Origin: an uncultured Thermoleophilia bacterium
GTDB taxonomy: Bacteria > Actinomycetota > Thermoleophilia > UBA2241
Direction: 5' to 3'
DNA length: 64,000 bases
Assembly (NCBI GenBank): GCA_963702475.1
Contig: CAVPCT010000005.1
Coordinates: 32,001 to 96,000, forward strand
Below the pieces are notes generated by a model. The model saw nothing but the letters and a program-made list of their open reading frames with translations, was not told the origin of the DNA and searched no databases. Position numbers and translations under genes: made by a program. Below, piece after piece: positions 1 to 10,097 of the stretch. The number at the start of each line of letters is the position of its first letter. Positions within the stretch are counted from its first letter, which is position 1.

Positions 1-31
1 CCCCACCACCCCTCTCACGTCATCCTCCACT

Positions 32-1918
32 CTATCTCGGCGCCAGACGTGGAAGCCTGGCCAGCACGGTCGCTGTACTCTCGTCCGACGGTTTGCGCAG
101 GAAGACGTACGTCGGCCTCAGGAGTGTGGGGGGATAGTCGAGCCCGCCGCCCGCCGCACGGAGCTCGGCATCGCTGGCGCCGACCGTGACGCCGATGCGG
201 CAAACGAGCGTCGGCACGAGACGACGACGCCGATAGTAGCTCACCGTGGACTGCGGCAACTGTCCATCCCTCGTCGGCCACAGCCAGTAGCCATTCGACG
301 CGATGCTCCCTCTCCAATACAGGTAGTAGCCGCTCCCCCCGAAGAAGATCAGGAGCTGGTCGTCAGGGCGAGCCTGCGCAGTGAGATCGGCCGCGAACGT
401 GTCGAGGAGCTTGCGCCTCTCGGGGGTGACCTTGATACCCCACCAGGGCCCTGAGGTGAAGCGGCTGGTCAGCTCGCGGCGCGCGATGTCGCGCTGCTGG
501 AACTGGAACTGGAACACGACCGTGACGGCGACGACGGCCACGAGCACGATCGCCGCCGACCACACGCCAGCCGACGGATTCCGCGAACGGCGATCGTCCC
601 CGCCGACGGGGCTTTCTGGCGCCGGCGTCATCGCTTCGAGAGCCCAGCAGAGGAAGACGCCGCCGGCCAGCATTGCCGGCGCCAGCCCCACCGCCGCCTG
701 GTAGTAGCCGTTGGCGCTGGTATAGGCGGTCATGGCCCCGGCGATGAGCGAGGGTACCCAGGCCCAGATCAGCAGGCGGGCGCCCGGTTCTCGCCGCTCC
801 CGGGGCACGAACAGATACAGATACGGGACCAGCAAGGCATAGAGCAACACGTAGCCCGCCCCCCACACGAGCGGTCGCTGCGCCGCAAACCACAGCACCA
901 CCGGCACGAACGCCAGGAGCCCCCTCCCCACGCGCGGCCAGCGCCGGTAGACGAGATACACGCCGAGAGCGACGAGAAACACCCACGGCCGCCACGAGAA
1001 GAACCGCCAGAACCCCTCGGCGATGCCGATGGCCTTGGCGGCGCCCCCGAGTTGGTGGATGACCTGGGCACCGGCCATGGTTGACTGCCAGCTCCGCCAG
1101 AGATTCCGCAGGCCGAATGACGCGAACAGCAGCCCGAACGGCACCAGGACGACGACTCCCCCGAGGACCCACAGACTGAGGGCGCGCCAGGCGAGCCGCC
1201 CGGTGGGAGGACCTTCGGGGTCCGGTGGATGCGCAAACGCGGCTTCCGCGATCATGGCCGGGGCGCGCAGCCCTAAGGCGAAGGCGAGCAACACGCCCCA
1301 GAACGGCACGATGAACAGCAGCGACGGGTAGGCGATCACGGCGAACCCCAACGACACCCCGGAAGCAAGCGCGAACCTGGGACCCCCCAGCCCCATGACG
1401 ACCCAGCCGCCAAGCGTCACGCTGAGGGTGAGAAAGGCGATGGCCAGCGTGTTGTAGCTGAGCTGCGGCGTGGCCCAGAAGATGTACGTGACGTACACGC
1501 AGGCCACGAGCAGGGCGAGCTGCCAGCGCACCAGCCGCCGCAGCAGCAGGAAGACCGCGGCGGCCACGCCGATCATGAGCAGGAGATAGAGGTGCCGCGT
1601 GTACAGCATGAGCCCGGTGACGTCGTAGCCGCGCACCAGCCCGAAGGCCTTGACGAACGGGTAGACGATGAAGCCCGGGAGCTGCAGCAGGTTCTGCTCG
1701 TTCACGAACGGCCGGTCGCCGAGAGCCCAGCGCCACGGGACCAGGACGTAGTAGCTCTCGTCCTGCAGGTCCATGCCGATGAACAGCCGCCGCCAAGTCA
1801 AGACGACGGCCGCGGCGGCGACGCACAGGGAGAACGCCGAGAGGGCTGAGGTGGCGACGCGCGAGGCCACCCGCGTACCGGGCGCCGCGCCTGCGTCCGT
1901 CACGACCGACTCATCCAT
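32..1918 (-). CDS. Multi-pass membrane protein, putative GT-C fold glycosyltransferase
   Basis: Many hydrophobic helices; acidic GMDLQDESYY loop after the first TM; C-terminal soluble domain; ATG at 1918 preceded by GAGGAAGG. Confidence 0.6.
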   Translation of the reverse strand: MDESVVTDAGAAPGTRVASRVATSALSAFSLCVAAAAVVLTWRRLFIGMDLQDESYYVLVPWRWALGDRPFVNEQNLLQLPGFIVYPFVKAFGLVRGYDVTGLMLYTRHLYLLLMIGVAAAVFLLLRRLVRWQLALLVACVYVTYIFWATPQLSYNTLAIAFLTLSVTLGGWVVMGLGGPRFALASGVSLGFAVIAYPSLLFIVPFWGVLLAFALGLRAPAMIAEAAFAHPPDPEGPPTGRLAWRALSLWVLGGVVVLVPFGLLFASFGLRNLWRSWQSTMAGAQVIHQLGGAAKAIGIAEGFWRFFSWRPWVFLVALGVYLVYRRWPRVGRGLLAFVPVVLWFAAQRPLVWGAGYVLLYALLVPYLYLFVPRERREPGARLLIWAWVPSLIAGAMTAYTSANGYYQAAVGLAPAMLAGGVFLCWALEAMTPAPESPVGGDDRRSRNPSAGVWSAAIVLVAVVAVTVVFQFQFQQRDIARRELTSRFTSGPWWGIKVTPERRKLLDTFAADLTAQARPDDQLLIFFGGSGYYLYWRGSIASNGYWLWPTRDGQLPQSTVSYYRRRRLVPTLVCRIGVTVGASDAELRAAGGGLDYPPTLLRPTYVFLRKPSDESTATVLARLPRLAPR

Positions 1919-2056
1919 CGCCTTCCTCGCCGGCGCCCGCGTCCTCCAGGGCAGCGAACGGCTCTCAGCCCAGCAGTGCCGCCGCATTGTATCGGATGCC
2001 GATCCTGCGGCATGAGCCCAAGGGTCAGTTGACTCGTGCACCCTCGCGACGGCAGG

Positions 2057-2980
2057 ATGCTTCCAGCGGCGGACAGGACGGCAGCGGGGGGCAGCATCAA
2101 GACCATCCTCATCGCAGGGGCGACCGGGTTTCTCGGCAGTACGGTGGCCCGCAGGTCGCTCGCCCGGGGCCACCGGGTCCTTGCTCTCGTGAGGGACCCG
2201 CTCAGCCCCGGGCGTCTGGCAGACGTCAAGGACGCCGTCGAGTGGTTCGGGTGGACGGACGGCATCGACGCCGCGTTCGCCGCCCCGCGGACACCGGACG
2301 CCGTCGTCTACGCCGCGGCGTCCTTCGCACGCGGGGTCGAGCCGCCCTCGAGCGTGTGCGAAGCCAACACGTTGCTCCCTCTCCGGGTGCTCGAGCGGTC
2401 ACTGCATGCGTCGGTGCCCCTCTTCTTGAACGCCGACACGGCGCTCCACAACGTCCTCAACCCCTACTCGCTGTCCAAGCACCAGTTCGCGGAGTGGGGA
2501 CGTCTGCTTGCGGCCGACCGGGGTCTGCGGTTCGTGAACGTGCGCCTCGAGCACCTGTACGGCCCCGGCGACGACGAGAGCAAGTTCCCCGCATTCGTGG
2601 TCGCGTCGCTTCTGCGCAACGAGCCGGAGCTGCGACTGACACAGGGCGAGCAGCAGCGCGACTTCGTCTTCATCGACGACGTGGGAGACGCCTACGACGT
2701 GCTGCTCGACGCGGACGCCAGACTGGCGTCCGGGTACCATGAGATCTCCGTGGGCAGCGGCCGGCCCGTGCGCGTCCGCGACTTCGTCGAGACCGTGAGG
2801 GACATGACCGGATCGACGACGGTCCTACGGTTCGGGGCTCTTCCCTACCGGCCTCACGAGGTCATGCGCTCGGCGGCCGAACTGGACGCCATCCACGCCC
2901 TCGGCTGGACGCCGCGAACGAGCCTTGACGATGGCCTGAAGGCGACCATCGCCGCGGAGCGAGAACGATGCGCGTCCTGA
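2057..2980 (+). CDS. NAD-dependent CDP-3,6-dideoxy-4-ketohexose reductase (CDP-paratose/abequose synthase-like)
   Basis: GATGFLG Rossmann motif, [29 protein letters not shown]; directly upstream of the tyvelose epimerase; start uncertain (2036/2057). Confidence 0.75.
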   Translation: MLPAADRTAAGGSIKTILIAGATGFLGSTVARRSLARGHRVLALVRDPLSPGRLADVKDAVEWFGWTDGIDAAFAAPRTPDAVVYAAASFARGVEPPSSVCEANTLLPLRVLERSLHASVPLFLNADTALHNVLNPYSLSKHQFAEWGRLLAADRGLRFVNVRLEHLYGPGDDESKFPAFVVASLLRNEPELRLTQGEQQRDFVFIDDVGDAYDVLLDADARLASGYHEISVGSGRPVRVRDFVETVRDMTGSTTVLRFGALPYRPHEVMRSAAELDAIHALGWTPRTSLDDGLKATIAAERERCAS

Positions 2981-4008
2981 TCACCGGCGGGTGCGGGTTC
3001 CTGGGCTGCAACCTGGCGGCCGCGTTGCTGCGCGATGGCGAAGACGTCATCGTCTTCGACAACCTCTCCCGCGCCGGATCCACCCAGAACCTCGAGTGGC
3101 TGCGCCTGATCGGAGATCCGGTGTTCCTTCACGGCGACGTGAGGTCTTGCGATGACGTCGATCACGCCGTCGCCAGCGTGAAGCCGGACGCCGTCCTCCA
3201 CCTCGCCGGCCAGGTGGCGATGACCACGTCGATCCTGCAGCCCATTCGCGACTTCCGGGTCAACAGCCTCGGCACCCTCAACGTGCTCGAGGCGGTGCGC
3301 GCCCACGCCTGCTCGGCCCCTGTCCTGTATTCGTCCACGAACAAGGTCTACGGGGATCTGGAGCAGTACAGGTACGATGAGACCGAGACGCGGTACGTGT
3401 GCCGGGACCGCCCGAACGGCTTCGACGAGAGTACCCCGCTCGACTTCCGGTCGCCGTACGGCTGCTCCAAGGGCGCCGCCGACCAGTACGTGCTCGACTA
3501 CCACCACACGTTCGGGCTGCGGACCGTCGTCTTCCGCCACTCGTCGATGTATGGAGGCCGCCAGTTCGCCACGGAGGACCAGGGCTGGGTCGGCTGGTTT
3601 TGCGCCCGGGCGCGCGACCTGCGCCGCGGCGAGAGCGACGGGGAGTTCACCATCTCGGGCAACGGCAAGCAGGTCCGCGACCTGCTCCACGCCGACGATA
3701 TGGTGACGTTGTACCGGGCGGCACTGGAGCACATCGACGCCGCCCAAGGCACGGTCTTCAACGTCGGCGGGGGGCCCGCCAACAGCCTCTCCCTCATCGA
3801 GCTGTTCCGGGAGCTCGAGACGTACGCGGGCCGACCGATCACCTGCCGTTCCCTGCCCCCTCGTCAGAGCGACCAGCGCGTCTTCATCGCGGACATCTCA
3901 AAAGCCAGACAGCGCCTGCACTGGGAGCCGCGCGTGGACCGGCAGACGGGGTTGGCACGCATGCTGGAGTGGGTCGAGGGCGACCCAGAGGGCCAGGACC
4001 GGCCCTGA
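2968..4008 (+). CDS. rfbE: CDP-paratose 2-epimerase (CDP-tyvelose synthase)
   Basis: [61 protein letters not shown]. Confidence 0.88.
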   Translation: MRVLITGGCGFLGCNLAAALLRDGEDVIVFDNLSRAGSTQNLEWLRLIGDPVFLHGDVRSCDDVDHAVASVKPDAVLHLAGQVAMTTSILQPIRDFRVNSLGTLNVLEAVRAHACSAPVLYSSTNKVYGDLEQYRYDETETRYVCRDRPNGFDESTPLDFRSPYGCSKGAADQYVLDYHHTFGLRTVVFRHSSMYGGRQFATEDQGWVGWFCARARDLRRGESDGEFTISGNGKQVRDLLHADDMVTLYRAALEHIDAAQGTVFNVGGGPANSLSLIELFRELETYAGRPITCRSLPPRQSDQRVFIADISKARQRLHWEPRVDRQTGLARMLEWVEGDPEGQDRP

Positions 4009-4025
4009 GCCGGCCCGCCGAAGCC

Positions 4026-5042
4026 GTGCACGAGCTCGCCGTCTGCGTCCCCACCTATGAGCGGGCCGGCTACCTCGAGGAGCTCGTGACGTCGTTCCTC
4101 GCCGGCCTCCCGGACTCCGTCCAGCTCGTGGTGAGCGACAACGCCTCCGCCGACGGCACTCAGTTGCTGATGGACGCGTGTGCGCGGCACGACGATCGCG
4201 TCAAGTACGTCCGTTCGCCGGTGAACCTGGGCCCGGACCGCAACTACCTGCGGGCCGTTGAGGCGGCCGATGCGCGCTACTGCTGGCTGTTCGGGAGCGA
4301 CGACCTGCCGTCGCCCGGCGCCCTGCGCCGCATCCTCGCCGTCATCTCCCAGACTGCGCCCGACATCCTGCTGTTCGACCGGGTGTGGTGCGACATCGCC
4401 ATGCGGCCGTTGCGCGGTGACGCCATGTTCAGCCCGCACCGGCCCTTGCTGTTCGACACCGCCCGCGTCGGGGGCTCGATCGCGTACCTGGACCATGCCG
4501 TGACGATCATGGCGCTCTTCAGCTACTTGTCGTCCATCGTCGTGAGCAAGGACCGATGGGACCGCACCGACCCGCGCGAGGAGTTCGTCGGCTCAGCGTA
4601 CGTCCACAGCGCCCGGCTGCTGTCCGTGCTCGATGAGGGCGCTCGCCTCTGCTATCTGCCGGAGGCGCTGGTGCGCTGCCGCGGCGACAACGACTTCTTC
4701 CTCGAGAAGGGTGCCTTCAACCGGGTCCGCATCGACCTGGCGGGGTACCGCCGGCTCAATGACACGTTCTTTCCGCACGGCCGCGCTCGCGCGGCGGCGC
4801 TGCGCGTGATGCGGCGTGAGTATGGCGCGCTGCGCCTGCTGCTCGTGCTGGCGACCGCCGACGACGGCGAGTGCGACGAACTGCTGCAGTACCTCGAGTA
4901 CTACGAGTACCCGCCGTCCCTCCGCCGGCTCCTGAGCCTCCTCAGCGAGCCGGCACCCAGAAGGCTCCTCGCGGCGGCGGCTCCCTGCGGTCGCCGTGCG
5001 TGGTGGGCGTGGCAGGCTGCGCGGGCGCACCACTCACCGTGA
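4026..5042 (+). CDS. GT2 glycosyltransferase, WbaV/RfbV-like 3,6-dideoxyhexosyl transferase
   Basis: CVPTYER, SDNASADGT, NLGPDRN, YCWLFGSDD, FSYLSSIVV, CRGDND; GTG start inferred. Confidence 0.75.
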   Translation: MHELAVCVPTYERAGYLEELVTSFLAGLPDSVQLVVSDNASADGTQLLMDACARHDDRVKYVRSPVNLGPDRNYLRAVEAADARYCWLFGSDDLPSPGALRRILAVISQTAPDILLFDRVWCDIAMRPLRGDAMFSPHRPLLFDTARVGGSIAYLDHAVTIMALFSYLSSIVVSKDRWDRTDPREEFVGSAYVHSARLLSVLDEGARLCYLPEALVRCRGDNDFFLEKGAFNRVRIDLAGYRRLNDTFFPHGRARAAALRVMRREYGALRLLLVLATADDGECDELLQYLEYYEYPPSLRRLLSLLSEPAPRRLLAAAAPCGRRAWWAWQAARAHHSP

Positions 5043-6319
5043 GCGAGCGCCTCGGCCTCGAGCGGACGGCCGCGCCCGCGTTCGCCCGCTCCGGCGTGGT
5101 CATGTTCGTCGGCAACACCCTCGCCGGGGTCTTCGTGTACGCCCTGCAGGTCGTCATGGGCCGCCTGCTGCAGGTGCAGGACTACGGCCTGTTCACGGCG
5201 CTGCTGGGCATCTTCAACGTCACGGCGCTGCCGCTCACGGCCCTCCTCCTGGTGGTGACGAGGGGCGTGGCCGGCGACCTCGGGCACGGGCGGCCCGGCG
5301 CTGCCGCGGCCCTGCGCAGGCAGGCGGTCCGCGAGCTCGCCCTCGGAGGCGGCGCTGTGGTGCTCGTGGCGCTCGCCCTGAGCCCGCTGTTCGCTCGCCT
5401 CCTCGACGCTCCCTCAGTCGTACCCGTCGCGCTGCTCTGGGTGGCCGTCGTGGTCAACCTGTTCACGGCCCTCGGATCCGCCGTGCTGCAGGGCATGAGC
5501 CGGTTCGCGACGCTGGCCGCGGTGAGCGCCGGCGTCGCGGCCGCGCGCCTCGCCGCGTGCGCGGCGCTCGTGGCGGCCGGGCTCGGGGTCGCCGGCTCCA
5601 TGGCCGGCCTCGTTGTGGCGGCCGCGGCCGGAGCCGCGGCCGCCTGGATCGTGGTCGAGCGAGCTCTGCCGGGGAGGATCAGCGACCACTCACGGCGACG
5701 GCTCTTCGCCTCGCGTGAGGGCTTGCTCCTCGCCACCAGCAACCTCGCCTTCATCGCCCTCACGCAGCTGGACTACATCATCGTGAGGGTCTTCTGCAGC
5801 CCTGACGAAGCCAGCCTGTACTCGGCCGGTGCTGTGCTCGCCAAGGCCGTGCTCTGGCTGCCGGTTGGCATCGCCATCGCCGTCTTCCCGACTGTGGCAA
5901 CGCATCAGGCGAGAGGGGAGCGCAGCAGGCACGTGCTCTTCCAGGCCCTCGGCATGGCGCTGCTCACCTCCGGCGCGCTGGCCGGCGTCCTGGCCGTGGG
6001 GGCCAAGTTCTGGATCGACCTGTTGTACGGTCCCGAGTACGCCGGAGCCGCCGTGTACCTCAGCTGGCTGAGCGTCGTCTACCTCCCGTTGGCCCTCGTG
6101 CTCGTGGTCGACAACTACCAGCTTGCACTCGGAAGGGCGAGGTTCATCTGGCTGTACGCCCTCGGCGCGGCCGCGCAGGTCGTCGTCTTCTCCGCCGTCG
6201 GCGGTACGCCGCTGCGACTCGTCTGGATCCTCGCGGCTGCCTCCGCCGCGTGCTTCGCCTGGGCCGTGTGGGTCGTGGCGAGCACCCGGGCCCGGCGACC
6301 GGCGGAAGCGGCCTCCTGA
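5039..6319 (+). CDS. Polysaccharide flippase (Wzx/MOP family)
   Basis: About 12 TM helices, YGLFTALL, LD..IVR and LLYGPEY patterns; GTGA overlap with upstream GT. Confidence 0.78.
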   Translation: MSERLGLERTAAPAFARSGVVMFVGNTLAGVFVYALQVVMGRLLQVQDYGLFTALLGIFNVTALPLTALLLVVTRGVAGDLGHGRPGAAAALRRQAVRELALGGGAVVLVALALSPLFARLLDAPSVVPVALLWVAVVVNLFTALGSAVLQGMSRFATLAAVSAGVAAARLAACAALVAAGLGVAGSMAGLVVAAAAGAAAAWIVVERALPGRISDHSRRRLFASREGLLLATSNLAFIALTQLDYIIVRVFCSPDEASLYSAGAVLAKAVLWLPVGIAIAVFPTVATHQARGERSRHVLFQALGMALLTSGALAGVLAVGAKFWIDLLYGPEYAGAAVYLSWLSVVYLPLALVLVVDNYQLALGRARFIWLYALGAAAQVVVFSAVGGTPLRLVWILAAASAACFAWAVWVVASTRARRPAEAAS

Positions 6320-6346
6320 CGCAGGACCGTGGCCCCGGGTCAGAAC

Positions 6347-6376
6347 CGGGACACCCGTGCGGGCGGTTGCCCGCAT
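6347..6376. terminator. GC-rich hairpin between convergent operons
   Basis: tgcgggc-ggtt-gcccgca inverted repeat in the gap between convergent genes; no U-tract. Confidence 0.3.
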
Positions 6377-6436
6377 CAGCGGGTCGCACCGCCGCGCGAT
6401 GCTCAACGAGCCACGCCGCCGGCCTCGGGCCGCCGC

Positions 6437-7795
6437 TCAGACGGCGGCGTACGCGACCGTCTCGTACTGCAACTGGGTGTGGTGGCGCAGGTAGAGGCGG
6501 TACCCGGCATTGAGGCTGTCTATCCAGGCGGGCAGGCGCCACAGGTCCGCGGCCCGGTGATAGACGGCCACTGCCAGGACCGGGCGCGACGCCAGGATGG
6601 TGAGCCGGGCTCCGTTGAGCGCAGCCTCCTCGGCACCCTCCACGTCCAGCTTGATGTACGTCGCCCGCCGGCTGAGGGCATCGTCAAGGGAGACGATCGG
6701 CACGAGCCTGCGACCGTTCTCCCCGAAGGCTCCATCCATGCCTCCCGTGGGCGTGTACGAGCCGGTACCCGCACGGGCGCCGAGCCCCGCGCGGTGGACG
6801 CGCACCTGCGGCCAGCCGTCGAACCGCGCCTCGGCCCGCCCGCAGAGGTCCTCGTCAGGCTCGAACAGATCGAGCACCCTGCCGGGTCCAGCATTGCGGC
6901 GCACGAACTCGGCCGCGGAATCGCCGTCGTATGCCCCGCCATCAGCGTACCGCGCCTCCGGATCAGCCCGGAAGACTTCGGGCACGAACCACTGGTCGCC
7001 AGTGCACACCGACCGCAGGGGTTCGGATGCGAGAGTGACCCGGTGCCGCAGCACCGCAGCCAGCACGACTCTGGACCGGTCGTCGGCGAGCCGCGCAGCC
7101 AGGCCAAGGTACCTCACGGCGTTGTGTGCGAGGTCGGCCGCGTACCCGCGTTCCGGCTCCGCCGGCAGGCCGAGCAGGACGGTCAGCTCAGGGAGACTCA
7201 GCGGCCTGACCCCGAGGCGGGCGAGCTGCGCCAGGATGTCCTCGTGGTGCCGTCCGGTGCAGATGACGACCGTCGCCTCCCCGCGCGCCGCATCCTCCGG
7301 CTTCAGGACCGGAAGCCCGTCGACGGTGGCGCCGCGCAGGCCGGCGTCGTTGTCCAGAAAGCCGGCGGCCGGCCGGCCCTGCGCCGCCATGAGCCCAGCG
7401 ACCTGGCGGCCCACCAGGCCGGCCCCGAACAGCCACACCGGCCCTGAGGCGCCGCACGGGCCCACTCGTTCGCGGAGCGCCGCCTCCGCCTTGCCGCCGA
7501 CGACCGCCAGCAGCTCGGCCGCGAGGCCCGGCAGCCCGCCCACGAGGCGCACGACCTCGTCGAGGTCACGGCACTCCACGGCCCTGTCCCACTCCCACCA
7601 CGGACGGGGCCGGCGACGGAGTATGGCTCGAGCGCGCGCCCGCTGGGCTTCCGGCGTCGGGGGGTGCTCCGCCCCTGCCCACTCCGGCACCAGCTCGAAG
7701 CCCTCGCCGGCAAGCCGCCGGGCCGCAGCCGTAAGTTCCTCAGGACCGGGGGGGTCCGCCGCCGTCCGATCGAGGCTGAGGACCAGGGGCAGCAT
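6437..7795 (-). CDS. FkbM-family methyltransferase with N-terminal extension and Rossmann-like (FGAG..G) domain
   Basis: DGGAYDGDS, FEPD, YIKLDVEGAE, AVAVYH, LYLRHH; TGATG overlap with upstream GT2. Confidence 0.82.
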   Translation of the reverse strand: MLPLVLSLDRTAADPPGPEELTAAARRLAGEGFELVPEWAGAEHPPTPEAQRARARAILRRRPRPWWEWDRAVECRDLDEVVRLVGGLPGLAAELLAVVGGKAEAALRERVGPCGASGPVWLFGAGLVGRQVAGLMAAQGRPAAGFLDNDAGLRGATVDGLPVLKPEDAARGEATVVICTGRHHEDILAQLARLGVRPLSLPELTVLLGLPAEPERGYAADLAHNAVRYLGLAARLADDRSRVVLAAVLRHRVTLASEPLRSVCTGDQWFVPEVFRADPEARYADGGAYDGDSAAEFVRRNAGPGRVLDLFEPDEDLCGRAEARFDGWPQVRVHRAGLGARAGTGSYTPTGGMDGAFGENGRRLVPIVSLDDALSRRATYIKLDVEGAEEAALNGARLTILASRPVLAVAVYHRAADLWRLPAWIDSLNAGYRLYLRHHTQLQYETVAYAAV

Positions 7796-8862
7796 CACTC
7801 CGCGGCAGGTGCAGCGGGCAGCTGGGCGGTGGTCGCCGGCACGGATTCCCGCGCGACCTCCAACGGCGCGGCCGCCACGCCGCACGGTCCGCCTGTCGTG
7901 AGCAGCGGGATGGCGTCTGCAGCCTCGAAGTTGACCCGCTCCTTCTCCACGACGAGGGGCCGGTGCCGAACCTGCTCGAAGATCAGGCCGACGTACTCGC
8001 CCACCAGCCCGAGGCAGAACAGCTGCACCGCGGCGAAGAAGAACGTCCCGATGAGGATCGGGGCGGTGCCGACGGTGAACCAGTTCCAGAAGAGCAGTTT
8101 CGCGACGAGGTAGCCCACGGCGATGACGAAGAACACCGCGGCTATCAGCAGGCCCGCCAGGGTCATGATGCGCAGCGGCGTGCGCGAGTAGCTCGTGATG
8201 CCGAGCATGGCCAGGTCGAAGAGGTCGAAGAAGCTGTGGCGCGACTTGCCGTGCTTCCTCACAGGCTGCTCGTACTCCACGAAAGCCTTCTCGAAGCCGA
8301 TCTCGCTCACCATGCCACGGAAGTACGGGGCCGGGTCGTCAAGCGACCGGAGGATCTCGACGATCTGGCGGTCGAACAGCCCGAACCCTATGAAGTTGCG
8401 GATCTGCTCGACGTGCGACATCCGGCGGATCAGCGAGTAGAACGTCCGCCGGGCCAGGCGCAGCAACAGGCCCTCCTTGGCGCCCTTCCTGACGGCGATC
8501 ACCATGAGGTAGCCCTGCTCCCACAGCTCGACGAACCGGCCGATACAGCCGACCGGGGTCTGCAGATCGGCGACGAGCGGCACGACCGCGTCGCCGGTGC
8601 ACTGCAGCATGCCGTAGTAGGGCGACCGGCTCAGCCCGAAGTTGCGGCTGTTGACGATGATCTTGACGCGCCGGTCGGTGGCGGCGATCTCCTTCAGGAC
8701 GCGCACGGTGCCGTCGGTCGAGGCATTGTCGATGAAGACGTGCTCGAGGTCGTACTGCGGCAGGTGCGTCGCGAAGTAGTCCCGAACCGCCTCGTAGCAC
8801 TCCCGGATCCCTGGTTCTTCGTTATAGCAGGGGGTCAGGACCGAGATCGTTCTGCGTGTCAC
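7795..8862 (-). CDS. GT2 polyprenyl-phosphate glycosyltransferase (GtrB/ArnC/DPM-like)
   Basis: PCYNEE, IDNASTDGT, SRNFG, ADLQTP, R..GKS, two C-terminal TMs, LGLVGEYVG. Confidence 0.85.
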   Translation of the reverse strand: MTRRTISVLTPCYNEEPGIRECYEAVRDYFATHLPQYDLEHVFIDNASTDGTVRVLKEIAATDRRVKIIVNSRNFGLSRSPYYGMLQCTGDAVVPLVADLQTPVGCIGRFVELWEQGYLMVIAVRKGAKEGLLLRLARRTFYSLIRRMSHVEQIRNFIGFGLFDRQIVEILRSLDDPAPYFRGMVSEIGFEKAFVEYEQPVRKHGKSRHSFFDLFDLAMLGITSYSRTPLRIMTLAGLLIAAVFFVIAVGYLVAKLLFWNWFTVGTAPILIGTFFFAAVQLFCLGLVGEYVGLIFEQVRHRPLVVEKERVNFEAADAIPLLTTGGPCGVAAAPLEVARESVPATTAQLPAAPAAE

Positions 8863-10094
8863 CCCGTCACCGCCGTGCTCGGATAGCCGAAGCGCTGTAA
8901 GGACTGTCGAACCAGCTTCTCGATGTCATGGTCGCCGAACGGCACCGGGCCCTCCTTCTCGGCCCACACCCTGTCTGCCCTCACGCGAGCCACGATGTGA
9001 TTCTCCAATTCGCCCGAGGGCAGGCCGACCCTGCCGAGGCCGCCCGCGATGTGGCGTCGCAGGCCTGCCAAGTCGAAGGCGCGCACCCACCACGCCACGA
9101 GGTCGTCGAGGGTGGCGACGCCCGCTTCGGGCACCCGTGCCTCGAGCTGCGGCAGGAGGAGGGCGAGCCGGTCGGTGACCGCGTCCCTGTACCGGTCGAC
9201 CGCCGTCTCGAAGAACACGAACAGGGTCTCCGGATGCGACAGGGACGAGTGTTCGAGCAACGCGCCCGCCGCCTCGTGGATGTCGCCGGTGCGGACGTTC
9301 GAGATGGCCACCCCTCCGAGACTCGCCCCGTACTGGAGTTCGAGCAGGCCGTCGGCACGGGAGGGGCCACCCGCCAGGACGGTGCTCAGACCGTGGAGCA
9401 CGCGGCAGATGCCCTCCACGCTGAGCATCTCGTTGAACCAGGAACGCTCCCCCCTGCAGAGCAGCGACTCCCAGAGGTGCACGTAGGCGTCGAACGCGCA
9501 GGCAACCAGCAGGTCGAGCGGGCTCTCGAGAAGGAAGTGCGGGTCGAGCAGGACCCAGTCAGCGAGCAGGCGCCACGACTTGCCGTGGATCTTGGCGCGG
9601 GTCACGGAATCGTAGGTCACGTAGTAGCGGCTGGCCTCGGCGCCCGTGCCGGCCGTCGTCGGAAGCGCGACGAACAACGGACGCGCTGCGTCCGGGAGGA
9701 CCGGCATGCCGCGCCGCTCGCCCATGCCGACCCCGTCGTAGGTGCCGTAGAGCATCCCGGCCATGACCGCCTTCGCGGCGTCGATGGTGCTGCCGCCGCC
9801 AAGAGCCACGACAGCCGCCACGTCTCCCACGCCCTCCCTGAGGGCGGCATCGACGTCGCCGCTGAGGGGCATGCCCCGGACGACGCGCTCTGCCGTCAGA
9901 CGGAGCCCGAGGCGCTCGCGCAAGCCTTCCACGAAGGGCGCCGCCACGAACACCTCGTCCACCCACAGTGCCACGCTGGGTGCCACCCTCAGCAGGCCGT
10001 CGAGCTTCTCCCGGCACCCGAGCCCCCACACGAGCGTGGCCGGGCACGAGAACCGCTTGGTGGACGGGACGTTGTAGAAGGTCTCGAGGTCCAC
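8859..10094 (-). CDS. Iron-containing (group III) alcohol dehydrogenase family protein
   Basis: GGGSTIDAAK, PTTAGTGAE, putative metal ligands DAYVH, IHE, SHP. Confidence 0.8.
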   Translation of the reverse strand: MDLETFYNVPSTKRFSCPATLVWGLGCREKLDGLLRVAPSVALWVDEVFVAAPFVEGLRERLGLRLTAERVVRGMPLSGDVDAALREGVGDVAAVVALGGGSTIDAAKAVMAGMLYGTYDGVGMGERRGMPVLPDAARPLFVALPTTAGTGAEASRYYVTYDSVTRAKIHGKSWRLLADWVLLDPHFLLESPLDLLVACAFDAYVHLWESLLCRGERSWFNEMLSVEGICRVLHGLSTVLAGGPSRADGLLELQYGASLGGVAISNVRTGDIHEAAGALLEHSSLSHPETLFVFFETAVDRYRDAVTDRLALLLPQLEARVPEAGVATLDDLVAWWVRAFDLAGLRRHIAGGLGRVGLPSGELENHIVARVRADRVWAEKEGPVPFGDHDIEKLVRQSLQRFGYPSTAVTG

Positions 10095-10097
10095 CGC

